DNA of 64,000 nt from contig DATKXP010000079.1 in assembly GCA_035529015.1 (NCBI GenBank), forward strand, positions 5,513-69,512, read 5' to 3'. The translations under genes and the position numbers were made by a program. This DNA is from Phycisphaerae bacterium (GTDB lineage Bacteria > Planctomycetota > Phycisphaerae > FEN-1346). Below are positions 35,566 to 44,761 of this stretch, piece after piece (the stretch's first letter is position 1; every line of letters begins with the position of its first letter). The notes under the pieces are model-generated. The model made no database searches. It was not told where the DNA came from and saw nothing but the letters and a program-made list of their open reading frames with translations.

Positions 35566-36741
35566 GTGCATGAAGTATATTTGGACAACAACTCGACAAC
35601 GAAGCTGCTTCCGGAGGTCTGCGAAGCTGTCATTGCGGCCGCGCAAGGGGACGCGTCCAACCCGTCGAGCTCGCAGCCATCTGGCGATAGAGCTCGAGCG
35701 GTTTTGCGAGACTCGCGTGCCGCGCTTGCGGAGCTCATTGGCTGTGATCCTGGCAGTCTCTACTTCACGAGCGGAGGCACCGAAGCGAACAGTTGGGTCC
35801 TGCAGGCGCTGGCGCGCAGGGAGGTAGCCACGGCCAACAGGATCCTGACGTCTCCCATCGAACATGCGTCGATCTTGCGGACGTGCGACGCCTTGGCAGA
35901 TATTGGGGTGACCGTCGACCTGCTACCAGCTGATGTCTGCGGTCGGGTAAACGTTGTTGATCTGGCAGCGTCCCTGCAGCGGCCAACCACGCTGGTAAGT
36001 ATTCAATGGGCCAACAATGAGACCGGCGTCGTTCAGCCTATCCAGGCCATTGCCGAGGAATGTCGGCGAAGAGGTGTGCTTTTCCACACCGATGCCGCTC
36101 AGGCTGTCGGGAAGCTACCCATTGACCTCCACGAGCTTCCTGCCGATTTTCTCACCCTAACCGCCCACAAGTGGCATGGACCGGCAGGTGTGGGTGCCCT
36201 CTACGTTCGCTCCCCTCGTCGGTTCGGGCCACTCTTCTTCGGTGGTGGACAGGAAGCTGGGCTTAGGCCTGGCACGGAGAACATCCTTGGCATCGCCGGG
36301 ATGGGCTGCGCAGCTCGATTGCGTTCTGCACGACTCGCCGAGGTTTCTGCCGCGATGCAACGACTCCGAGACGAGTTCGAACAACAGTTGCTGCAGCGCA
36401 TTCCCAGCGCAGTGATCAATGGCGGGGGGGCAGATCGCATCTGCAATACGTCGAACGTGCTCTTTGCAGGAATCGACGGCGAAGCGATGGTGGCGCAGCT
36501 GGGGCTTGAGGGGATCTCCTGCTCTCAGGGCTCCGCTTGTGAATCGATGCGGCCCGAGCCCTCGCGCGTCCTCAGGGCGATGGGGCTAAGTGAGGAGGAC
36601 GCCTATGCTAGCATCAGGTTTAGCTTCTCGGAGCTGAATAGCAACCTCGACGTCGATGTCGCGGTGGAGACTATTGGCCGTGTCCATGAGCTTATTGCGG
36701 CGCGTTCGCGCTCGCTAGCCCGCCAAAGGAGTGAGGTGTAA
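35566..36741 (+). CDS. sspA: cysteine desulfurase (SspA/DndA-like)
   Basis: PLP-lysine block LTLTAHKWHGPAGVGALYV, catalytic loop SCSQGSACES; GTG 35566 preceded by AGGAAGG (ORF-track TTG 35542 possible). Confidence 0.8.
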   Translation: MHEVYLDNNSTTKLLPEVCEAVIAAAQGDASNPSSSQPSGDRARAVLRDSRAALAELIGCDPGSLYFTSGGTEANSWVLQALARREVATANRILTSPIEHASILRTCDALADIGVTVDLLPADVCGRVNVVDLAASLQRPTTLVSIQWANNETGVVQPIQAIAEECRRRGVLFHTDAAQAVGKLPIDLHELPADFLTLTAHKWHGPAGVGALYVRSPRRFGPLFFGGGQEAGLRPGTENILGIAGMGCAARLRSARLAEVSAAMQRLRDEFEQQLLQRIPSAVINGGGADRICNTSNVLFAGIDGEAMVAQLGLEGISCSQGSACESMRPEPSRVLRAMGLSEEDAYASIRFSFSELNSNLDVDVAVETIGRVHELIAARSRSLARQRSEV

Positions 36742-36743
36742 CG

Positions 36744-37649
36744 GTGCGTTTTTCGGGGCACGAGACATTTCCGGTCCGAGATGGGTGGCTACATAAAGGC
36801 TTAGCATTGTTGTTGGGGGCCCCTGAGGAGTTCCACTCGAAGCATGCGGCAGACTACTTGGGGGTTGGGAAAAACATGGCCCGGTCAATCAAGCATTGGC
36901 TCCAAGCCACGAAACTTGCCATGCCCGATCCCTCTCGCCGGGGACATCTCAATGTTACCGACTTCGGCCACTGCGTCGCAGAGCAGGATATCTACTTCGC
37001 CGAGCCCGGCACATGGTGGTTCCTGCATATTAACCTCCTCGGCGAGCCGGTGTACGCTGATACTTGGTTCTGGTTCTTCAATTCTTTTGGTCTGCAGCGA
37101 TTCGAGCGGGCCACTGTAGTCGAGAATCTACGTCGCTTTCTGCAAGCCCAGGCTAGGCGGATGCCGAGCCATACGACGCTCCAAAGAGACGTGGCTTGCC
37201 TTCTGGCGAGCTACGCTCGGTCCATTCCAGGTGAGAGGCTGGACCCCGAGGAATCTCGCGACTGCCCCTTCCAGGAATTGGACCTGATGAGCCACTTCCA
37301 GACATCTGGCTACTACCAAGCCCATCAAGGCCCTAGGAGTATTGAGCCGGAGGTCTTGGGCTACTGCTTGTCGGCTGCCTTTGCGGATGGCCAAGAAGGC
37401 GGTGCGCGGAGGGATGTCCGTGTGTCAGAGGCTGCGCGGGTGGCTGGCGGGCCTGGGAAGGCCTTTGCTTTGAGCCCGGAGGGAGTGCTCGATTCGGCAC
37501 TTCAGGCTGAGGAACACAGCAGCGGTGAAATTGAAGTCGCAGGCCACGCGGGTGAACGCGTGATCCGCTTCATGCCTCGCACTCCGGTGCAGTGGGCCCA
37601 GCGCTACTACGACCGGGCACACCATATGGGGGAACAGCATGCCGCATAG
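36744..37649 (+). CDS. sspB: DUF4007-type protein (SspB-like)
   Basis: Opening RFSGHETFPVRDGWLHKG is the DUF4007 signature as I recall it; sits between the desulfurase and the large ATPase. Confidence 0.7.
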   Translation: MRFSGHETFPVRDGWLHKGLALLLGAPEEFHSKHAADYLGVGKNMARSIKHWLQATKLAMPDPSRRGHLNVTDFGHCVAEQDIYFAEPGTWWFLHINLLGEPVYADTWFWFFNSFGLQRFERATVVENLRRFLQAQARRMPSHTTLQRDVACLLASYARSIPGERLDPEESRDCPFQELDLMSHFQTSGYYQAHQGPRSIEPEVLGYCLSAAFADGQEGGARRDVRVSEAARVAGGPGKAFALSPEGVLDSALQAEEHSSGEIEVAGHAGERVIRFMPRTPVQWAQRYYDRAHHMGEQHAA

Positions 37650-40600
37650 AGCGGGTCGGCGCGCAGGCGGTGATGGGGGCCTTTCGGCAGAGCGGGTCCT
37701 GCGTTCGATTAACCTCTGCTACGATGCAAGTGCTCCAGAGAGAATCTCGCACTTCCGCCCCACAAGCAAGAGCGTGGCTCTGGTGCGTAGCCTCCTTGCC
37801 CAAGCCGAGGAGCGCGCCTTTCTCATCGTCGCTCCGTATGGCTCGGGAAAGTCGATAACGCTTGCATATCTGCTGCAGCTCATAGAGAACCGCGCGTCTG
37901 CACAGGCTACGCTCAAGGCTATTGAAGGGCGGCTTGCGGGCGTGTCGCCTGAGTTGCACCGTTTTGCTCGACGTAGGCGTCGACAGGGGAGAAAGGGCCT
38001 TGTTGTGGCCCTCCATGGCTACTGCAGCGACTTGCCAATGCGTCTCAAGGAAGCAGTCCTAGAGGCCATGGGGAGAATGAAACTGGGGCGCCAAGCGAGG
38101 ACCATTGGGGCACTGCCTTCCGGTTCTATCGAACAGGCTGTCAACCTCCTCGCCGTTCTCCAACAGAAGTGTCGAGCAAGTGGCTTGGATAGAATCAGCA
38201 TTATGTGGGACGAGGCAGGTCGGCACATTGAGGCCTTGGTGAGCCACGGTCGTGCCTCTGAACTGGCAGACATTCAGCTACTTGCCGAGTTTGCCTCCAG
38301 ATCGAGTGATCTGCCAATCACCTTGGGCCTCGCACTTCACCAGGCCCTCTTTCACTATGCGGGGCAGATGCCGCAGTCAGTGCGCACCGAGTGGATGAAG
38401 ATCTCGGGCCGCTTCCAGGAAACCCAGTACATCGACGATAGCCGAGAGGTATACCGCTTGGTGTCCGAGGTTGTGGCAGCCAACAGAGGCAAGGTGGGGC
38501 GGCCGCCAAGGAAGCGATTCCTGGATATAGCCCGACGGTGCCGCGACGATCTCGGCCTCTTCCCTGGCGTGGCGCTGACGCAACTGGCCGAAATGCTCGG
38601 GCGAGCGTATCCGTTGGAACCCATAGCCTTCTACCTCCTGCCCAGGGTATCCGCCCGTGTCGCCCAGTACGAAAGAACCCTTTTTACATTCCTTTACTCG
38701 GTGGACATGACTCGACCCATCTCCGCGGCCGACTTGTATGACTACTTCTCTTCGGCCATGAGGGCTGACACTACTGTTGGGGGAACGTACAAGCAGTGGC
38801 TGGAGACGCAGAGCGCCCTTCTGAAGGTCCACGACGACCCCAAGCAAGCCCAGGTGTTGAAGACCGCCTGTCTGCTGGGTCTGGGGACGAGCGGAGAACG
38901 AGCTAGAGCTGGGCGGGAGATGGTGACGGTGGCTTTGGCTGGTCTTGACGACAAGGCGCCGTGGAACGACACCATTGATGCGCTTATTGAAAGAAATTTG
39001 CTTCTCCATCGCAAGCATAATGATGAGCTTTCGGTGTGGCACGGCACAGATTTCGACCTTCGCGGGAAACTCGAGGAGGAGAAGAGCCGGCATGCTGGCA
39101 GCTTCGCCCTCGTAGAGTTCCTCACACGCGAGGCACCCCCCAAGACATGGAAGCCGCTGCAGCATAACAGTAGATGCGGCGTCTGTCGGTACTGGGAAGG
39201 TGAGTACGTTTCCCCAGAGGCCTTTGCCTCTCTTGCACGTGGCGAGCGGGAAGCTTCGATCCCGGTGGGGTGTGACAGCAAGATCCTCTATCTTCTAGCG
39301 GAGGACCACGAGCAACTCAAGCTTGCCGGCAATCTAGCGAAACGTTGGCGCGCAGATCCACGGTTGCTTGTGGTGGTGCCTGCCAGACCTCTACGGGCAC
39401 GCGATGCAGCCCTAGAGGTCTTCTGCCTCTCCGAGATGGTCCACAATGGCGACCTCGTTGGCAGCGATCCGCTCGTAGCGCCCCAACTTCAGCAGATGAT
39501 GGACGACGCACGGTCGCACCTCCACAGAATGCTTGACGGGATGCTCATTCCCGGGAGGGATGGTCCGGCGTGGTTCTGGCAGGGAGAGGAGATGGCTGCA
39601 GGAACTGTAGGCGAACTGCGCCGAACTCTATCGGATATCGCTGACCAGGTGTTCCCCTTGACACCAGTGATCCGGAACGAATTGGTCGTCAGGCGGAAAC
39701 CCTCGGGGACAGTTGTCAATTCGAGGAAGAAGCTCTTGCTCGGGATCCTCGATAGACATGGCCAAGAGAACCTTGGGATAAGGGGGCACTTCCCGGACTA
39801 CTCCATGTTTCGCACTGTGCTTGTCCATACCGGACTCTATCGAGAGGGCGAGGGTCGATGGGGCTATGTCGCGCCCTCCTGCAAAGGACTGGAGCGCGGC
39901 ATCGCAGCGGTATGGCAGAAGCTCCAGACCTTCTTTGGCGAGCCCAGCGAGAAGCCGAAAAGACCTGCTGACTTACTCAGGGAACTGCGCGAACCACCTT
40001 ATGGCGTCAGAGAGGGCCTGCTGCCTATTCTGTTTGCGGCTGGTTTCAAGGCGTTCTCGCGGGTCGTATCGCTGACCAAGGACGGCCGGTACGTCACGGA
40101 CGTCATGCCTGACGACATCGAGGATCTATGTCGCCATCCGGACTCCTACGCTCTCTCGGTCCTAGCCTTGGGCGAGGACGAACTCCGCTACCTACGCAGG
40201 CTGCACAGCTGCTTTAGCCCGGTGTCCGACGTCATCGTGGCAGAGAATGACCTGATCCGCCTCTGCTACGACGCGATTCAGGGATGGAAGTTCCAGCTGC
40301 CGTCGTCCGCCTTGGCCACGAAGAGCTTGTCAGGCCAAGCGATGCAGTTCCAGCAGGCGCTGCGAGAGGACGAGGATCCGGTCAAGCTGTTGCTTCAGGA
40401 TCTTCCTGCAATTGCCGGGGTTCAGGTTGAGAAGGTTGATGAGGTCCTCGATGCCATCCGCGAAATGAGGCGCGGGATGGAAGGCGTAGCCAAGACTTTC
40501 GTGGACAAGGCGTCAGCCTCCATACGCAAAGCGTTAACCCATGGTTCTTCCGAAGGCGCAGGTGACCTTCGCGAACTCGCGTCCCGTTGGTCGGCTAGCA

Positions 40601-40995
40601 TTCCCGAAGCAGTTCTGGCCGGAGCTGTTCCTGCCGTTGCCAAGGGCCTTCTCAGTCGAATGCAGAGCGAGTACGATATCGATGAGCTCTTGGTCGAGTC
40701 GCTGTCTTTGCTGATCGTTGGGCGTCCGATAAGTCGCTGGGACGATGGCACTGCAGTAACCTTTGACAGCCGCCTCCGCGACATGGTACACAGGATCGAA
40801 GAGGCCGCACTTGACACCAAGGTGAATGGAGAAGACCGCCGTCACTGGGAGGGCATGAGTGATGTGATTCGTCAGCGCCTGGACTATCTCCTGAGGCAAT
40901 TGGTCAGGTTGGCCGGTGAAGACGAGGCAAGAAGAGCTGTGGACGAGGTGCTGAGACGGCATCTGAGTGAGAAACCGCATGGCAGCGCTAGTTGA
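37639..40995 (+). CDS. sspC: large P-loop ATPase (SspC-like)
   Basis: 1118 aa; Walker A APYGSGKS; overlaps both neighbours; call rests on synteny. Confidence 0.65.
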   Translation: MPHRAGRRAGGDGGLSAERVLRSINLCYDASAPERISHFRPTSKSVALVRSLLAQAEERAFLIVAPYGSGKSITLAYLLQLIENRASAQATLKAIEGRLAGVSPELHRFARRRRRQGRKGLVVALHGYCSDLPMRLKEAVLEAMGRMKLGRQARTIGALPSGSIEQAVNLLAVLQQKCRASGLDRISIMWDEAGRHIEALVSHGRASELADIQLLAEFASRSSDLPITLGLALHQALFHYAGQMPQSVRTEWMKISGRFQETQYIDDSREVYRLVSEVVAANRGKVGRPPRKRFLDIARRCRDDLGLFPGVALTQLAEMLGRAYPLEPIAFYLLPRVSARVAQYERTLFTFLYSVDMTRPISAADLYDYFSSAMRADTTVGGTYKQWLETQSALLKVHDDPKQAQVLKTACLLGLGTSGERARAGREMVTVALAGLDDKAPWNDTIDALIERNLLLHRKHNDELSVWHGTDFDLRGKLEEEKSRHAGSFALVEFLTREAPPKTWKPLQHNSRCGVCRYWEGEYVSPEAFASLARGEREASIPVGCDSKILYLLAEDHEQLKLAGNLAKRWRADPRLLVVVPARPLRARDAALEVFCLSEMVHNGDLVGSDPLVAPQLQQMMDDARSHLHRMLDGMLIPGRDGPAWFWQGEEMAAGTVGELRRTLSDIADQVFPLTPVIRNELVVRRKPSGTVVNSRKKLLLGILDRHGQENLGIRGHFPDYSMFRTVLVHTGLYREGEGRWGYVAPSCKGLERGIAAVWQKLQTFFGEPSEKPKRPADLLRELREPPYGVREGLLPILFAAGFKAFSRVVSLTKDGRYVTDVMPDDIEDLCRHPDSYALSVLALGEDELRYLRRLHSCFSPVSDVIVAENDLIRLCYDAIQGWKFQLPSSALATKSLSGQAMQFQQALREDEDPVKLLLQDLPAIAGVQVEKVDEVLDAIREMRRGMEGVAKTFVDKASASIRKALTHGSSEGAGDLRELASRWSASIPEAVLAGAVPAVAKGLLSRMQSEYDIDELLVESLSLLIVGRPISRWDDGTAVTFDSRLRDMVHRIEEAALDTKVNGEDRRHWEGMSDVIRQRLDYLLRQLVRLAGEDEARRAVDEVLRRHLSEKPHGSAS

Positions 40996-41791
40996 AGCGA
41001 TTGCAACCATAGAGAAGCAGCCTGAGGTGCGGCACATCGTCAGCATTTCGGGCGGGAAAGACTCCGCGGCCTTGGCGGTCTATCTCCGCCAAGCCTATCC
41101 CAAGATCCCGGTGGAGTATGTTTTCTGTGATACGGGATGCGAGCTTCCGGAGACCTATGACTACCTTGAGCGGCTGCAGGGATTGCTGGGGAAGAGTATC
41201 GTTCGGGTGAACGCCTTCGACGTACTCCGCGTTCCCGAGAAGCCCGGCCGCAACCCGTTTGACCTGTGGCTCAGTATGTACGGAGGCTTTCTGCCGAATC
41301 CCAGAAGTCGCTGGTGTACACGAGCACTCAAGATCGAGCCATTCGAGGAGTCCATTGGCAACGACACCGCGTTCAGCTACATCGGCATTCGCGGCGATGA
41401 GGACCGCCAAGGGTATCGCCCGAAGAAGCCTCCGAAATTCTCACAGCGTCCCAACATCATCCCGGTGTACCCGTTCAAAGACGACGCCATTTGCCTTGAG
41501 GACGTGAAATGTATCCTCGAGGAATCCGGTCTAGGCCTGCCAGAATACTACCGCTGGCGGTCGCGCTCTGGCTGCTACTTCTGCTTCTACCAGCAGATTG
41601 GTGAATGGCAAGGCCTGCTCGAGAACCATCCGGATCTCTTCGAGAGGGCGAGGCAATACGAGACCAAGAAGAACGGCCGGGACTTCACCTGGGTCGACGG
41701 AAGGACGCTCGGGGATATTGAGCGGTTGGGGGAACGCTACCCCGTGCCCACGATGGACGAAGTTGAGGGCTGCGCCATCTGTCACCTCTAG
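40967..41791 (+). CDS. sspD: PAPS-reductase/ATP-pyrophosphatase family protein (SspD-like)
   Basis: PP-loop SISGGKDSAA; 274 aa; C-terminal Cys pair CAIC. Confidence 0.8.
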   Translation: MRNRMAALVEAIATIEKQPEVRHIVSISGGKDSAALAVYLRQAYPKIPVEYVFCDTGCELPETYDYLERLQGLLGKSIVRVNAFDVLRVPEKPGRNPFDLWLSMYGGFLPNPRSRWCTRALKIEPFEESIGNDTAFSYIGIRGDEDRQGYRPKKPPKFSQRPNIIPVYPFKDDAICLEDVKCILEESGLGLPEYYRWRSRSGCYFCFYQQIGEWQGLLENHPDLFERARQYETKKNGRDFTWVDGRTLGDIERLGERYPVPTMDEVEGCAICHL

Positions 41792-41824
41792 CCCCGCTGG
41801 GCTAGTTACATCCGAGGCACCCAC

Positions 41825-42253
41825 GTGAAACTCTATGTTGCATCCCATTCCCTGGAAAAGGCACAGGAGATGCGGGATCTGCTCCTGCAGCGCGGCCACG
41901 AAGTGACGTCACGCTGGATCACAGAGGACAGCAAGTTCCACCTTCCTGGGGACGCATACACGCCAGATGAGCGTGAGAAGATAGCCGTAATGGACGAGGC
42001 GGATGTCAGACTTGCCGGTGATGGAGTGGTTGTCTTGAGCGAGGAGTCGGGGCGGTGTGTGCCCGGGGGCAAGCACGTTGAGGCAGGCATAGCACTGGGC
42101 CTCGGCAGGCCAGTATACGTTGTGGGCCATAGGGAGAACATCTTCCACTGGCACCCCCGGGTTCGAGTCTTTGGCGATGCGCACCAGCTCCTTGGCTACT
42201 TGGCGCGCCTTGAGGAGTGTTCGGCTGCCCCTCCCGAGGGGACACAAGCATAG
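41825..42253 (+). CDS. nucleoside 2-deoxyribosyltransferase-like protein
   Basis: 142 aa; KLYVASH...DEADVRLAGDGVVVL...GGKHVEAGIALGLGRPVYVVG matches the NDT/Rcl-like fold pattern with a conserved Glu. Confidence 0.55.
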   Translation: MKLYVASHSLEKAQEMRDLLLQRGHEVTSRWITEDSKFHLPGDAYTPDEREKIAVMDEADVRLAGDGVVVLSEESGRCVPGGKHVEAGIALGLGRPVYVVGHRENIFHWHPRVRVFGDAHQLLGYLARLEECSAAPPEGTQA

Positions 42254-42863
42254 GGCGCGCGTCTGCCCCTGGGGCCGGAGGGTCTGATCCTGAACCGTCT
42301 CCTCCTGCCCACAGAACACTGGTCCAGATTACAGCCAGGACAAAACCTAGAGCAGCTATCGCTTCAACAGCCCATATCCAGTACTTGACTTTGGTAGCCT
42401 TGTGGCCGGTTTTTAGGTCGACCGTTTCCAAGGCTTTCCGATCAGGCTCGATCCGAGCTAAGCCGAGCTGCTGGTCCTTTGCCTTCCCTGGCCGGGTGTA
42501 CCGAAATGAATCGGGGAAGACCCACTGCCTCTCCATCTCATCAAGTACTGCCGATGCACGCTCGACAAACGCGAGCATGCGCACATCGAAGGCAATGAAC
42601 GCGATGGACACTATGAAGCCGAAGCTCCCCGCGAAGACGGCGATGGGATGGAGCCCTTCCCTGATCGCCAATACGATGGCATTAGCAAGGATGCCCACTG
42701 CAAGAAGAAAATAGTTAAAGAACAGCATGCGCTGCCGCGAAGCGGATTCGAAGTACTTCCAGGCGTAGTCAAGACGTGACTTCAGCAACTCGGCGTGGTC
42801 TTGCCTGTCTTTACTCACGATCGGCGCCTCGATACGGCCGCAGGGCGTATTCAGTGCCCCCAC
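42006..42863 (-). CDS. three-TM membrane protein (SLATT-like topology), 3' tail overlaps the convergent NDT-like gene
   Basis: Helices MLFFNYFLLAVGILANAIVLAI, IAVFAGSFGFIVSIAFIAF, YWIWAVEAIAALGFVLAVIW; the last ~85 codons are low-complexity and overlap 41825..42253. Confidence 0.5.
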   Translation of the reverse strand: MGALNTPCGRIEAPIVSKDRQDHAELLKSRLDYAWKYFESASRQRMLFFNYFLLAVGILANAIVLAIREGLHPIAVFAGSFGFIVSIAFIAFDVRMLAFVERASAVLDEMERQWVFPDSFRYTRPGKAKDQQLGLARIEPDRKALETVDLKTGHKATKVKYWIWAVEAIAALGFVLAVIWTSVLWAGGDGSGSDPPAPGADARPMLVSPREGQPNTPQGAPSSQGAGAHRQRLEPGGASGRCSPYGPQRILACRGPVLCLPQRACPRAHTAPTPRSRQPLHHRQV

Positions 42864-43038
42864 CTAGACGGGCAATGGCTTCCTAAGAGGGTACATCCTC
42901 AGCGAACGCGGCACAAGTGTCCGTTTTCGAAGGCATGTGTTTCGCCGCAAGTTACGGGCGCGGTTGTGCCCTCGGGTGGCGATCCGCAGAAGTCCCACGG
43001 GACAAGCTCATGCTGCCGCGCCGGCGGCTGTTAGGTAC

Positions 43039-43068
43039 TTGCACGCGAGGATGCTGTCGCGGTATGAT
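43039..43068 (+). promoter_or_regulatory. candidate sigma70-like promoter for the helicase/GHKL/PLD operon
   Basis: TTGCAC, 18 nt spacer, TATGAT, 77 nt upstream of GTG 43145. Confidence 0.4.
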
Positions 43069-43144
43069 GCCGCATGTTTGACGCCCATCTTCAGGTTGCA
43101 CGGTGCACGATGGTGGTTGGCCGTCTAGTTGGGGGGGAGTCGTC

Positions 43145-44761
43145 GTGACGAAGCTTCTTGAGACGCTTACGCGCTTGGGTACTGGCCTGCTTGCCCAGTT
43201 CTTGGGCGAAAGCACGGTTAGTCTTCTGGAGCTTCTCGGCCTGAAGCAACTACAGCCTCATCGCTTGGCAGAGCTGGTCCTGAGGCAGGTGGGCCCTGAA
43301 GACCTTCTGTTGGTCAAGAGCCGCAGGGACGAGATTACGGACGCGCTGAGTCGCGAGGATGCGGACAGACTCGCCCGGCTTCTGGGCCTATCGTCAACAG
43401 ATGATCCCTGGCATTCGGTGAGAAGCCTACCCGTCTCGCCGAACAGCCCCGCCTGCGAAGTCCTATTCGCCTTCTTCGGTTGTCGCTTACCCAAGGAGCG
43501 TGAAGGGTCAGATAAGCCCTCGAGTTTGCGGATCGATCCCGGCTACAGTCTGTTCCAACATCAGGTGAAGGCATGTCGCGAGACAGCGTCATTCCTCGAG
43601 GAAGCATCGCAGCCACGAGTCATGCTTCACATGCCGACGGGGGCGGGTAAAACCAGGACGGCGATGAATGTGATCGCCACTTTCTTGCGAGACCGATTCA
43701 GCAGTGACGATGTAGTTGTCTGGGTCGCACACAGTGAGGAGCTCTGCGAACAAGCAGCTGAGGAGTTCGAGAAGGCCTGGTCCTTTCTCGGAAACCGCCC
43801 CGTCGCAGTACAACGTGCCTTTGGCCGGTACCGGACCCCCCTTGATAAAATGAGCGGGGGGATCTTGATCGCGGGGCTGCAACTCCTGTACAGAAGGAGC
43901 CTTTCGGAACAAGGCGTGTTCCTGAAGCTCGCACGCCGTACCCCTCTAGTGGTGATGGATGAGGCCCACCAGGCGATCGCGCCGGCATACCAGCAAGTTC
44001 TCAATCTTCTCGCTGGGGACCCGCGGACAGCCATATTAGGCTTGTCTGCCACCCCTGGTCGTAGCCTGCTTGATGCGCATCAGGATATGGAGCTAGCGCA
44101 GTTCTTTAAGAGGCACAAGGTCACCCTGAGGGTGGAAGGCTATGACAGCCCCGTCCAATACCTGCAAGAGAATGGCTACCTTGCCAAAGTAGACTATGAC
44201 TACGTTCCGTACGCTCCAGGGCCCGATTTCGCCCTCACCCGAGACGAAGTCACCCGGCTTCAGACTGAACTCGACCTACCCGACTCCGTCATTGCCCGAC
44301 TCGGGGCAGACCACAAGCGCAACTTCCTTATCGTGACCAGGCTGATTGAGGAGGCCAAGCAAGGCGGGAAGATCTTGGTCTTCGCCTGCTCAGTGGAGCA
44401 TGCTCATTTGCTCGCCAGCATATTGTCTGCGAAGGGATTACGTGCAGCAGCTGTCTCGACCAGGACCTCGCCGGCCAGAAGGCGGCAGTTCATCGCGCAG
44501 TACAAAGAAGAAGGTGGCATCCAGATTCTCTGCAACTACGGAGTCCTTACTATGGGTTTTGACGCCCCCAAGACAAGTTGTGCTCTGATCGCTAGGCCAA
44601 CACAGTCTGTTGTCCTCTACAGCCAGATGGTTGGGCGCGCTGCAAGGGGCCCCAAGGTGGGAGGCAATGTTACGTGCAGGGTCATCACCGTTGTGGACCG
44701 CCTTCCGGGCTTTCGGAGTGTCGCGGAAGCATTCGAGTACTTTGAGGAGATCTGGGAATGA
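43145..44761 (+). CDS. DEAD/DEAH (ResIII-type) SF2 helicase
   Basis: MLHMPTGAGKT (motif I), VVMDEAHQ (motif II), LSATPGR (motif III), QMVGRAAR (motif VI); GTG 43145 after GGGGGGA (ORF-track start 43103). Confidence 0.8.
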   Translation: MTKLLETLTRLGTGLLAQFLGESTVSLLELLGLKQLQPHRLAELVLRQVGPEDLLLVKSRRDEITDALSREDADRLARLLGLSSTDDPWHSVRSLPVSPNSPACEVLFAFFGCRLPKEREGSDKPSSLRIDPGYSLFQHQVKACRETASFLEEASQPRVMLHMPTGAGKTRTAMNVIATFLRDRFSSDDVVVWVAHSEELCEQAAEEFEKAWSFLGNRPVAVQRAFGRYRTPLDKMSGGILIAGLQLLYRRSLSEQGVFLKLARRTPLVVMDEAHQAIAPAYQQVLNLLAGDPRTAILGLSATPGRSLLDAHQDMELAQFFKRHKVTLRVEGYDSPVQYLQENGYLAKVDYDYVPYAPGPDFALTRDEVTRLQTELDLPDSVIARLGADHKRNFLIVTRLIEEAKQGGKILVFACSVEHAHLLASILSAKGLRAAAVSTRTSPARRRQFIAQYKEEGGIQILCNYGVLTMGFDAPKTSCALIARPTQSVVLYSQMVGRAARGPKVGGNVTCRVITVVDRLPGFRSVAEAFEYFEEIWE

